DNA of 51,615 nucleotides, the filler included, from Dirinaria sp. TL-2023a (Eukaryota): assembly GCA_051941275.1 (NCBI GenBank). It is 2 parts of 2 records of this genome, joined end to end, with 100 filler letters (N's around TTAATTAATTAA, not from the genome) between each part and the next. Parts side by side here need not be neighbours in the genome. Positions count along the whole stretch, not along the records: positions 1 to 25,791 come from JAVEBF010000169.1; positions 25,892 to 51,615 come from JAVEBF010000170.1. The stretch is one strand, 5' to 3'. The position numbers were made by a program, and so were the translations under genes. How positions within the stretch are numbered: the stretch's first letter is position 1; every line of letters starts with the position of its first letter. The notes under the pieces were generated by a model. It was not told where the DNA came from. It saw nothing but the letters and a program-made list of their open reading frames with translations, and did no database searches. Below, one piece after another: positions 25,351 through 37,047 of this stretch.

Positions 25351-25790
25351 TAGGCAACCACTACTGCCACACCACCCTACTTTGCTGACACCACATCATT
25401 CTCACTTTTGCTGCCCACGCTGTCCTTTTCACTTATTGTTTTTCATCTATCAACGTCTCTCTCAAGTTTTATTTTTTTAACATCTTCAATCTGCTTTAAC
25501 GATTTGTCTATCTGACGATGGCACATTCGTGGTGAAATCTATCAATGTCTCTCTCAAAGTTTTTTCTAACGTCTTCAATCTACTTTAACGATTTTTCTAT
25601 CTGACGATGGCACGTTCGTGATGAATCAGTTCATCGTCATCTCATGAAATCGTCGTTGCTTGAAAATCGCACTCTATCAAAAGCAGAAAAGTGAATGTAC
25701 TTCTTTTCGAAGCATCAAAAAAGAGGTCAAATGCATTAGCACGTGAAAATGAGTATTTAGCGGGGAGAGGGTGGTGTGCCAGTAGAGTAA
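25351..25790. mobile_element. MITE-like element, copy 2 (inverted relative to copy 1, cut by the gap)
   Basis: Begins TAGGCAACCACTACTGCCACACCACCCTAC. Reverse-complement match to 12619-12963, e.g. AGCACGTGAAAATGAGTATTTAGCGGGGA. Internal ~90-bp tandem duplication at 25446-25537 / 25538-25625. Confidence 0.8.
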
Positions 25791-25791
25791 G

Positions 25792-25891
25792 NNNNNNNNN
25801 NNNNNNNNNNNNNNNNNNNNNNNNNNNNNNNNNNNTTAATTAATTAANNNNNNNNNNNNNNNNNNNNNNNNNNNNNNNNNNNNNNNNNNNN
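25792..25891. other. Artificial assembly spacer
   Basis: Exactly 100 nt: 44 N + TTAATTAATTAA (stops in all six frames) + 44 N. Confidence 0.97.
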
Positions 25892-25909
25892 GAGGTAGAG
25901 AGGAAGGAA

Positions 25910-26425
25910 GGGGGGGATAAGGCTTATTTGTTATTCAAAGATTCGATCTTTGATCGGTGATGAAGATTGTGGAATATGGATTAACTGCCTTTCATTATGC
26001 AATCATCTTTTTTAATCTTTTTTTCTTTAGTATTTGATTCGTCATTTTTATGAATTTTCAAAAATTCAGCGTAGCTCATTTTATTTCACTCAACTTCATT
26101 TCATAATCCCCCTCTTATTTCACTTCTAATACTTCTCTCTTTTTTCACTCAATCCTAAACCCCTCCCTTATTCTATACCTCAATCTCACTCTAATCTCCT
26201 ACAAACTGATACCCAAGCACAAAGAACCCTCGAATCAAAAACCCAACCTCTTCAAAAAAAGAAATAAGAAACATCTTACGCTCGTGGAAGGTTTTAATGA
26301 TTGTTGATATTAATTTTTTCGCTTAATTTTTGGGGGCAAAGGGGGGGTGTATTGATAACTTTTATTCAGGTTCAAAGATTCGAGTTGTATGTCGATTGTG
26401 AAGATTGTAGAATATGAACTAAGTT
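25910..26425 (+). repeat. Degenerate direct repeat in AT-rich DNA
   Basis: TTCAAAGATTCGA..TGAAGATTGTGGAATATGGATTAA (~25933-25984) recurs as TTCAAAGATTCGA..TGAAGATTGTAGAATATGAACTAA (~26371-26422). Both are preceded by a G-run. Confidence 0.6.
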
Positions 26426-27011
26426 CTTTCTCTCTTAATAGCATGAGGAAACGTGGTATAATAACAATTATGCATCAGCTTCGCTCTCTTCGAGATGGGG
26501 TCTTGAAGATTTGATAGAGTAATATAGTTGCGATACCTTTTTTTTTTTTTTTTTTCTAAAAAAAGACTGTGTTTGATGGGGGTTTGAAGCTTTAGAAGTT
26601 TAGATGCATTCTTCGCCGAGGCTTTGAAATCAAGATATACATACTGGACATTCAGGTTTGTTTGTTTGGGAGCTTATGATATGGTAGGAATAATTTTGCA
26701 TACTTGCATGGAGTCTGAACAGGAGCAGATGTTTCTTTCCAAATATCCTAGCAATGTATTAAAATAAGATCGATGAGTAAGTAGATTGAATGATGTGTTT
26801 TCGATTCATACAAACACAACACAGTCATCAATCACAAACCACAAATCACCCTCCCTCAAATACCACACTATTCCTCTACAGAAAATCTCTACCTTCAACC
26901 CCCTCCTTTCCAATCCCAGTCCTCCAATAAACAAACCCCCCTTTCCAAAAAAAAAAAAGAAGAAAAAAAAAGAGCAGTTTACAGCAAAAAAATACACAAC
27001 CCGCTTGAGCA

Positions 27012-28034
27012 ATGCGTTACATCCCCAGCGGCCTACTCCCCGCATCTAAATCTTGGGTTTCTCCTCCCACGCCAACTACGCTTTCAGATCGGGGGGATGA
27101 AGATAGAGACGACGATGCGAACATTTCTCACGCCCAAAACAGGACAGCTTCGCCGGCAAGTGCTACTATGACGACGCCGATGCTGCTAAATGGCGGTGAT
27201 GATGGATCTGGAATTTCGGGAAGGTCTGTATTGAATCATGGGGGGACGGTGGAAAGGAGCACTGTATCGGGAGAGATTCTCACACCGGTTACTCCTACTA
27301 CAAGTTCAACGACGTCTACGTTTAATGAAGAGATCATGACGCCAACACGCTCGAGTACGCCTACCTCGGGGGAAAGGGTGTTTACACCGGTAACTGACGT
27401 ACGTTCTATCGCGCCCGCTGAAGAAATTAATGATCGGACAGTATTCTCCAATTCTAATACGAGCGTCACGAATTTCTTCGAGTTCGGAAATGGTACAAGT
27501 TTCAGAGCTAGCATTAGGATGCCAGCAGGCCGCTTTGAGCGCATTGATGTGCGCAGTGATGGGGTGACGTGTGTTCGGAATGGCGTTGAGACGTTCCTGC
27601 CTCACCCTGCCGGTAGCGGTAGCGGGGTGTCGATTCATTATGATTTCCGCGCCGGAGGTGAGAGGACACCGAGTTCCGTGTCATCAATCAACTTGGGGTC
27701 ATCAGGCTCGGCGAATCGGGATACTCCTCGTCGTAGTAGCAGATGTGCGAGTGCAAGCCCCAAGCGTTTCACCAACCAGACTCTGTCGAGCTGTAACCTT
27801 CCGCACGGCGCTGTTATCACGGACTGTAGCCTTAGCAGCTGCAATGGGAGCAATCTCACCATAACCGACTGCGAGTTCAGCAGCTGCAATTTCTCGGATT
27901 CGGTCGTGACGGACTGCGAGTTCTCGAGCTGTAACCTTGAAGATTGCAGGGTTTGTGATTGTCGTTTTTACAGCAGCAATGTTGGCGGAGGGACGGTTGT
28001 GGACTGTTCGCATTCAAGCTCGAATGTGCGTTGA
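27012..28034 (+). CDS. Hypothetical protein with C-terminal Cys/Ser pentapeptide-type repeats (putative beta-solenoid)
   Basis: Intronless 340-aa ORF. S/T/P-rich N-terminus and about six 15-residue repeats xTDCxFSSCNxxxxx at the C-terminus. Confidence 0.8.
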   Translation: MRYIPSGLLPASKSWVSPPTPTTLSDRGDEDRDDDANISHAQNRTASPASATMTTPMLLNGGDDGSGISGRSVLNHGGTVERSTVSGEILTPVTPTTSSTTSTFNEEIMTPTRSSTPTSGERVFTPVTDVRSIAPAEEINDRTVFSNSNTSVTNFFEFGNGTSFRASIRMPAGRFERIDVRSDGVTCVRNGVETFLPHPAGSGSGVSIHYDFRAGGERTPSSVSSINLGSSGSANRDTPRRSSRCASASPKRFTNQTLSSCNLPHGAVITDCSLSSCNGSNLTITDCEFSSCNFSDSVVTDCEFSSCNLEDCRVCDCRFYSSNVGGGTVVDCSHSSSNVR

Positions 28035-28609
28035 ATGCGGAATATATGCGTTGAGAACGGACATAGGCGATGGATCTATTGGAAGAAGTCGTGTTTACAT
28101 GTTTGGGCTGTTGGGAAAGCGAATTGCGTGTACGTTAGCATTAGATTCAATAATAACTCAATTACAAGGACGTCGATTATACCCGTTTCAGCAGATATCG
28201 CACGCTGAAAAAAAGAAAAAGAACAAACAAAAATGAAATAACAAATCAAAAACGTATTGAGAAACCAGTGAGTGGACCAACTTTTACTTAATCCACGTGA
28301 CCAACGAATTCCGGTTCTTCTTTTCGATTCAAGCAGCTAAGTAATTATTCAAGCCCAGGCTTGCAAATTAGTAGCTAAACAGACTGTGCGAGCATGGATG
28401 ACGTATGCATGAGAGGCAGTATCTTTGTAAGACCTCGTACGAGAACCAATCCCGAAAATTTCGCTCATATATGATTGACTCACGAAAATTTCTCGCTTGG
28501 AGCTTCGTGCTCTAGCACTGCTTTAAGTCTGTGTGAAGTACTGGTTGCAAAGGCCCGCGTTCATGGATCGGTGGCCGAGTGGTTACGATTGCAGAAGAGA
28601 GGAATGATA

Positions 28610-29435
28610 TCAGTTTTCCTTCCAGCGCTCTCCACACTTCGTACACTACAGTTTGCCACCCACGTTAGCCTTTATGCTTTACCAAAGCAAACATAAAGGC
28701 GTGATACAGAAAATGAGATAGGGGTGAAGACGTACTTTGTAGAACGTAGTCATGGGCTCATCCGCGCTCCGGATCTGCACTTGGTGAAAATATGCCACTG
28801 CGTTGGTGCAGGATTCACGGGGGCATTGCACTGCGCATACACAGTTAGTGCGTGCGCCGGAGGCTATACTACCGCCGAACTGCTCGAGATATCGAATGAC
28901 TTGCGAAGATAGACAACACATGGGAAACTTAGGATGCTCTGGTGGAAAGAGTCCGGTGGAATAGATTTGGAAGAAGGGAGAGGAAGCGCAAAAACCCAAG
29001 TCGAAGCCGGGTTAAGACACATACCATCCGCGGTATCGCCACCGCCTTCTTGAGCGCCGTTTTCGCCAAGTACATCATCGACTTCTTTGCGATTGAATGT
29101 GCGTCGCTCGAAGTATTGTTGTTCTACAGAAAAAGCCTAGAAAAATCCACGACATCGAAAGTGTTAGTAGATGAGTGCAAGGGGAATTAAAAAAAAAAAA
29201 AAAAAAGCGCCATACATAAGGACACGTCCGACACATCAACCGATTCTGTCCCGCGGCCGCGTAGCGCTCAGCTCCAAAACTAAAACCCTGCTCACTCATA
29301 GCGGTGCCGAAAGTGGGGTTTGTAGAGCGCGTTATGGTCAGGGAATTGGCGCAATGAGGACAAACTTGGTATTCGGATCAGCACATATCAGTTGGCACAG
29401 GATGCAAGCAAAGCACAGCACGTACAGGTTTGCAT
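28610..29435 (-). CDS. RPC11: DNA-directed RNA polymerase III subunit C11 (RPC10/RPC11)
   Basis: Exons 29435-29426, 29364-29216, 29136-29025, 28830-28736, 28645-28610 (133 aa). FCPHCAN..CRTCPY zinc ribbon, RKEVDDVLG, and TFIIS-like [36 protein letters not shown]. Confidence 0.95.
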
Positions 29436-30219
29436 CTTGGAAATAAAAGAAAAGGGTTCTAATAGTTGAGCTGATGAATTTTATTGGTTGAACGGATTGA
29501 ATGTATTGAATAAGGGGGGGAGGGAATTGCTGATAGATGGAGTATCAATAATACTGCCAGGTAGTAGTAATGATGTGCGTCGTTGAGCTTGCCGTATTCG
29601 GCTAGCTTGCATTCACAAGCAAGGGCTCCGGAGTATCTTAACATAACTCACCCATGGTCTTATCACTTCGGTGTATGATGGTACCAAAAGTGGCTTTACT
29701 CCCATCAGCTGCATGTATGTGATCATATGCTACTAGGAGACTCCGAACAACCCCTTCCCAGTCAATAGACTGGATTTTGATGTGGCGATCTGGTGGCTGC
29801 TCGCTTTCTACAGGACACGAAAAACACGTTCCTGAAGTATCTCATGATGACGGGATTTTCATGTCAAAACTTCATATCTATTCTAGAATAGACAGTAACG
29901 GCTGTCTTGATGGATGCTGAAGTCTTGATTCTACTTGCAGAGCATGAGATTCATCTATGTAACATGGTCGATCGATCAACTGCATAATACATGTCGACAA
30001 GCTACGGCTGTCGAGGCCGGCGAAAACTCCTATCCAGCGCCAACGCTTTGCACAATCTTGTTTGACGAAACCAGTCCTCCCCGCCGATAACTCCCCCGCA
30101 CCAGTGGCATCGTCTCGCCGAATTTTATCGAGCACAGGTACTTTTGAATTCCCGTCCGGATGGTAAAGCCTCCAAGAGACCAGCTCGATTTCTCCCACTA
30201 CCTCGGCTGTCCTCCACCA

Positions 30220-33200
30220 TCATCTCTTTGGCGCCTGTCCTGGGCCGTACACCTTCAACCACTCATCCGTCGGCCCGAACGGATCCTTCAAGTACTTCTT
30301 CTGTGCCTTTTTCGCCGCATCTTCCGCCTGCTCCGCCGTCTCTCCAAACATCGTTTCCCAGTCCATCAGATCATCCCCCATCAGAGCACCCCCTCGGGTC
30401 GTGCTGGATCCAATACCCAACCCACTGTCACCCCCAAACAGATCTTGGCCCTCTCCCAAGGTTTCGGTCCCAAGATCAAAGGGGTTAGGCCCAAGATCAA
30501 GGCCCTCGAATTGCATCATTGGGTCACCCCAGCTGATGGGAATCCACCCTTTATCCTCAGCTCCCATCTCAAGCTCCATGTTGATTTTAACGGCATCGTT
30601 CTCGCTGATATCCGAGGGACGAGGACTGTTCTTTTCAGTATTTTCACTCGACATACTTTCGGGAGTGAGGTGGTAATCTTGGATCTTGGTCCACGACTTG
30701 GGGCCATTGAGGTGGGCAAGGCCGGAGAAGGCCTCACGGATCGTCTCGGGCGAGACTAGCGAGGCGGACCAGGGATCATTGGCGTCGGGGGTGATGATGA
30801 GGGGAGTGGCGCCCTGGTTTGCAGAGTCGTTCTGCAACGCCTTGGAATCTGATGCTGGTGTTTTCATATTTGCTATCTGAGGGGTTTTGAGCAGGTTGGA
30901 GGCCGGTGATGGGTCCGTTTGGGTCGGCACACGGCTCATCGGAGTGGCGGACTCCTGCTTCATGGCTTGACCTTGGCTAGATGCTGAGCCCTTCATGGCC
31001 AGGGCTTCGATCTTGGCGTTTGGCAGTTCGGTCCCAGCCTTGGGAACCTGCTTACCGTTCTTGTCTAGATTCAGTGCGAAGCGCATTTGCTCCAGAGCAT
31101 ACTGGAAGGGATCGTCTATGACTGGCTCCTTAGGCTCGTGAACATCTAGAATGTGCTTGTCGAGGTCCGCCTGGCTCACAAACCCTGCAGGATGTTGACA
31201 ATGTGGTATGGGACACTTGATCATCGTTGGAGCAGGTGGACGAGATATCTCAGGCGAAGCCATCTTGCTGACTGAAGGTGATGGCTTCTGCATTGGCGTG
31301 ACCACTTGTTGGGCAGGGGTCGAAGCAGCGCTGGACTGGTTATTATTACCCTTGCGCTTCTTGACAACGGGGAGCTGAAGCTGAAGCTTGTCTGCAGTGA
31401 GCTCCGTAGGTCCGTAAACGGGAACGCCATGAGGTGATTGCGCCGGGGGGAAGGTGTAGGGTGGTTTATCAGATGTAGGAGCAAGAGGGGCGCGGTTGCT
31501 GTTGTGATGCCTTTGTTGGGATAACTGCCGAGCAGCTTGCGTGTTATTCTCGTGCTGTCGTAGGTTGGCAGCGCTCAAAGCTGATGTTGTCTCCTTCGCC
31601 GGCGGTTGAGGCGGCTGTGGTTGTTGCTGCTGCTGCTGTTGTTGTAGATGTTGGCTATTGGTTTTTTCCGCTTGCACACGCTGCATGGTGACCTGGGTAA
31701 ACCTCAAAAGGATATTGTGGCAGTTTTCAAGTTCCTCGGCAGAAATCGTAAAATGGTCACTCGGTGTGCCGTTTTGATCCTTGTATTGGCAGGCAAGTAG
31801 CAAGCGCTAAGGACCGTTAGTTCTCAAGTCCTAACGCTGGTCAAGTGGGACTTACGGCTCGAATCATCTCTTTCGTACTATTCTCATCCTTGAACATTGT
31901 AAAGAACAGCGGCAAGAATTTGTCCATTCTGCTTAGGATCTGCATCACGGATTCTGACCGCAATCTCTCAACCATCTTCGCCCGAGTGGCAGCATTCATT
32001 GGCACGGGCGCTCCCAGGGGGTGACGTTGTTTGACCTCATTGACCAGCTCTCGTAATCTTGCCTGAGCCTCCTCACTTTTCTGCATTGCGGGTGCGCCTT
32101 TCGTAGGCTGATTGACTGGCTGGCCTTGGGTCGTCTGGACTCGCTGCATTTGTTGTTGCTTTGCATCTGGTTGACCTACTTGTGTCTGTTGCAGCTTGGC
32201 AGCTTGAGCTGCTGGATTGGATTTCTGCTGCGCCGGTTTCGCGGCTTGGGACTTATTCTGCGCAGTTTTTGGATCTGGTACTTCCACCACATCGTCAGTG
32301 CTAGAACGTTTAACGCCCTTGTTCGGTTGCATGGGCGCTTGAGGAGCGGCTTTCGGCGCCGCCTGCTGATTTGGCTGCGTTGGTTGCTGGGGTGGCCTTT
32401 GATTTGTAGGTCTTTGTAGTGCTGGCTGTGCCGGCTTAGTGGCTTGCGCACTGGCTTGCAGGGATTGGGTTTGCTGCTGCTGGTGGAATTGGGCTTGCTG
32501 CTGTCTCTGCATGAACTGCGACTGCTGTTGTGGATTCAAACCTTGCTGCTGTCTGGCTCTCTGGATATGTTCGTACCGTTGCTTCATTATGGCCTTCTTG
32601 ACCTGGTCATCCGTTGCGCCGCGAAGCTGCGGGTTATGGTTACGAGTTTGTTGGATTTCTTGCATCGTAGGCTGAGGTATTGAAGGTATTTGAGGGTGAG
32701 CTGCTTGATTACCCGGCCGAGGCACCATTGGTGCCGTGGGCCGCATTCCGGGTTGCTGCTGTCTCTGAGATATACTCTGAAAGTGAAGGCCTTGGAGTCC
32801 TCGCAGCTTCTGTTCACTCTCCCTCGGCAAGTTACTGGCGTTTTCCCTCACCCATGCTTTAAGGTGGCCCCATGTCTTGACCGCCTGTGGCAGTCTCGAA
32901 AGGGCATTGTTCGCGTTCAGAATTCCATGTGGGAATGGATAGCTATCCATAAGCCGCTCGTTCTCCTCAGTCAGGATGTTATTTGCATTCAAGGCCAACA
33001 TTTGTTGTTGTTTTTGCCGCGCCGCTTGATTTAGATCCGTCTGTTGTGGCTGTATCTGTGGCTGCCCAGATTGCTGACCAGGCGCCCGCTGCGACTGAGC
33101 TCCGTTTGCTTGCTGAGCAGGATTTGCAGGTCGAGGAAGCCCTTGAATCCCATTAAGTTGCTGACCAGCTTGACTCCGTTGAGGCTGCATTCGGACTGGC

Positions 33201-34958
33201 TGTGCTTGCCCAGGTTGTTGTTGCCCCGAGGCTCTTTGCCTGGCCTGCATCTGCATCTGCATCTGCATCAGCAACTTTTGTCGCTCGTCTTCCGGAAGTG
33301 TTTGTAAATATTGCTGCATTTGTTGGTTATTCACAGGCCTTGTGGGAGCTCCGTTGGGCACCTGATGTGCATTTGGAGTAGCAGGGTTTGCTTGTGGCAT
33401 TTGAGGCGTTCCTTGCTGAGGCCACATAGTCTGCGGTTGAGATGACTGGGTCTGAGAACCGACTCCTCGATTAAGGTGGGGCATATTGTGCTGCATCTGT
33501 CTGACTGGGGTGTTGAGCCCACCAACTTGGCCTTGTAAATGGGCTGGGCCTGGGATTGTCGCGCTGGGAAAGCCGTTAGCCTGGGGCGGATTCTGTATCT
33601 GTCCGGATGGTGCTGACTGCGCAGGCTGTTGCTGTCCTTGGGCATTCCAGAAACCCTGTGACTGTTGAGACATATTTGGCGTTTGAGGAGGCCGATTGCT
33701 GCTCTGTATATTGGGCTGCTGCGAGTTGGGTCTTCCCGGTGCCCGTTGCTGCTCAGCAATCGCTTGACTGTTGCTTGCGGGGACGACGACCTGACCAGCC
33801 TCTTGAAGCCTCTGCGCATCGCGTTGCTGGGTGTGGATATGATCAACATTTCCCATGAACGAAGGGTCAATGTTCTGTGCTGCAGGGATATTTCCCATCT
33901 GCTGGGGTTGGGTGCGCATAGCATTTTGTGACATGGGCCGCTGGTCCCCATTTATGGTGTTGGGCCCTTGTGCAAGTAGACCAGGTCGCTGAGAGCCATT
34001 CCTCATTGCCATGTATTGTTTGGCAGCCAGTTCTCTGAAATATCCGGAAACGGGATCCATGCCTTGCGCTAGGAGGTGTTGCTGTTGTTGTGGATGTGTG
34101 CTATTCAGACCTTGTCGGATCTGCTGAAGCTTATCCTGCGGAGTGTTCGTAAACAGATTCCGCGCAAGACGGGATATCTGTTCAAGCTCCTGTGCACTGA
34201 ATTGGCCTTGGGGGGGGATCTTCTGTTGCCCATTTTGCAACTGGAATCGGGCTTGAGGGTTGCCCATATGCAAGTTCTGTTGCTGGTTCAGCATACCAAC
34301 CATCGGCTGCTGGTTTGGTCGGGCCATTTGCTGGCTGGCAAGTCTCTGCTGCATTGAAATCTGGTTTGGGTTGGGGACCATTGCTTGCATGTGTGCTTGC
34401 GGCTGAGCCATGCCCATTTGAGGAGGCTGGCTGTTTTGTAATTGTTGCTGCATGTTTTTGGCGAGGCCCGCTCGGGTTTGAGCTATTTCCCCAAGCTTTG
34501 CTTTAAACTGTTGCTCATAAGTTACCTGTCGACAGCGGTTAGTCATAGCAAGAGCCTTCAAGAATCAAGTCACACCTTATCAGGAGATCCGAAGTATGTT
34601 CGGTGTTCGAAATGCACTGCAACATTTATCGCCTGTTCGACGGGCATCTCGGCCTTGATCATCCGCAGTGATGTGACTCTGTCTACAGTCAGCTTGCATG
34701 TACTCGTGTAGTGGTTGGAGCCGTGACGAACAGCTGAAGCACCGCAGGAACTCTTTGCGGCAGCTGGAACGAAGCTTGCCAACCTTGTAAGTTTGGCTGC
34801 TGTTGCTGCTGTTGCTGCTGCAAAGCCTGGAGCGAGTGAAATATTCTTTGCGCTATCTGCTGGGTTACTACATTATTTCTCTGCTGCCCAGGCTGGGGTT
34901 GAGCCCCTTGCGGGACCATGCTCTGCCCCGCCATATTTTGAAAGCTGACAGGGTTCAT
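30220..34958 (-). CDS. Mediator subunit Med15/Gal11-like Q-rich coactivator
   Basis: Four exons (approx 34958-34727, 34678-34576, 34525-31856, 31807-30220). N-terminal KIX-like segment (GWQASF..R..L..SLRMI..A..FEHRTY), long Q/P/N-rich region, C2H2-like CPIPHC..LDKHILDVH, acidic C-terminus. Confidence 0.75.
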
Positions 34959-37047
34959 GATTGCGAGGTATAGGGTGGGTGGAGGGACAGAGCGAGGTGG
35001 GGCCCTCGAAGGGTATCGCTATGCGATAGATCCGATGCTCGCAGAAATTTCATAGGATGTGTAGATTCCTGGACTGTCGGTGGTAGAGGACGGTGCCAGC
35101 AGATATGTGAGGAGATGCTTCTGTATCCACGACTCGACCAAAATGTTATTCGTGTGTAGGTACGTAGCACGTTGGTCAGATATTTGCAAAGCTTAGGTGT
35201 AGTGTGGATGAAGTAGCACTGTGAAGATTCGCGACCGAGGTAGGATATAGGGCGAGGTCGCTGACACTCGACAGATCTTTCAGGCACGTTGTGGAGAAAA
35301 GACCGCAGAGAGAGAAGATGACTGTTGCGGTGTGATTGCACTGCTGACCAAGGCAGAAACAGGGCGTCTGATTGACAGCGAAGCACTGCCCAAGTCGAAC
35401 CAGCGAATCTGTGGACACGGTTGACGACGATGGCAATGCTGGAGTGGTCCTTGAGAATTGCTGCTTTCGACCGGTAGTGAGAACGCTGGTGAGGGAGCAC
35501 GGTTTACGACCAAGTTCCGGAAGGGGAATGAATAATCTGCGGTGGTCGAAAGTTCGAGGTGTGCGACGCTACCGTATGGAAGGGTCTGCTGCAACAAAGG
35601 GTACTTGCATGAGCCAGCGGGAGTTCCTCGTGCGCAATACCCGAAGGCAACAGGGAATGGAAGGGCAGAAGGGCGAGGAACAACAAAGGCGGGTTGGGTT
35701 TAACTGTGTGGGAAGAGGAGGGAAGGGTAAGAAGAGTGTATGACAGTGTGGAGGAGAGAGTCGGGAGAGGATAATAATGAATACTAATGATGAATTGGGG
35801 ATAAGGTATGGGATCAGGTAAAGTAAGGTGAGTGAGTAGCAGAGTACAGTAAGTAAGGTACCAGCAGAGTGAATACTGTATGTAAAGTAGGTGAATAGTC
35901 GACTACGGTAAGACGTAGGGTGGGTAGGGTCCAGTCCATACTAAGGGTACTAGGGTCCAGCACCAAGGTATCTTAGGGTCCAGTACTAGGGCAAAGTAAG
36001 GTAAGGTACTATACACTCCCAGGCGAATGGGCTGGATGAGGTGATGACCTGTTTCCTCTCATTGCCGGGATTGGTCGAAAAAAAAGAACACGCTAGGCTG
36101 CAACGGGCGCATTGGCGGCCGATAAACGCTGTGCAAATCCCGTAGCCTTCCCGGTAGCTGCACTGCCCGTCATCCACCCAATTCCCTCTTCCTCCGCACC
36201 CTCTTCTTTTCTCTCTCTCGCTGTCTGTTCAACACTAAGGTAAGGTACTTACTACTTACATACATACTTTATCCCTCTCACTCAGACCTTGGCACCCACG
36301 CTACTGCTCTCGAAAAAAAGGAGGCTGACATGATTTGGCATTCATTCAGAGCCTTCTTCTCACACTGAACCGTGGACAGGATGATACGGTGTGCACATGA
36401 ACATGCGATCGATCTAACATGTGACTCGACTTATCAAAGGTTCACTAAAGCCAAGTAACTTAGCTCGCCAATTGGGCTTCAAGCCACCCGCCGCCCCATG
36501 GCCGAATTGTCACTTGCTTGATGCGCGCTTGCAACATCAGAATAGAAGTGGGACAGGGTAAAGCAGACCACAAGATATATATTATTGTAATCCGCATTTC
36601 CATGATGCACTACTACCGTCATACTACAGTATACTCAACGGTACTCGACATTATTGCTTCCTATCCTCAAAGGGGTCTGAGCTGAGCCTGTTGCTGTTCT
36701 CGCTGTTGTAGGTCCATCGAAACACTGGTGTAACAAGAATCTTTCTTACGGATTGTCTGATCGTGGTGGAAATGCCAAGACGAGCGACGATCAGGGCATC
36801 CCGGAGTTACCTCGGTTAAATTCTACGATTGCTCCCGGACTACGGCTGACCAAACCCCTCCATGCGCAGTCCTTCCAACCTGCCATCATGATCCACGATC
36901 CGTCATCCTTTCAGGCCTACAAGTATACTTCAAGTAGCAGGTAGCGAGGTGCAGTACTCTGCAATCAAGCACATTTCCCCTTCAATTCCCATAGATGCTT
37001 ATACCGCGATGTGAACGGTCCGCATCACAACGTTTTCTGCCCTCATC

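Noticed and set aside
28570..28585. GGTGGCCGAGTGGTTA, resembling a tRNA-Ser/Leu D-arm/A-box just past the RPC11 stop
   Set aside because: No downstream GTTCRA T-loop and no acceptor stem.
28831..29024. Relatively long RPC11 intron as a possible snoRNA host
   Set aside because: No C/D boxes or convincing H/ACA structure seen.
29844..29920. ATGATGA ... CTGA, possible C/D box snoRNA
   Set aside because: No terminal stem or recognisable rRNA guide; likely chance in a 3' UTR region.
34955..35743. Several ORFs upstream of the Med15-like gene
   Set aside because: Non-protein-like composition; probably a long 5' UTR or promoter. uORF function cannot be judged.
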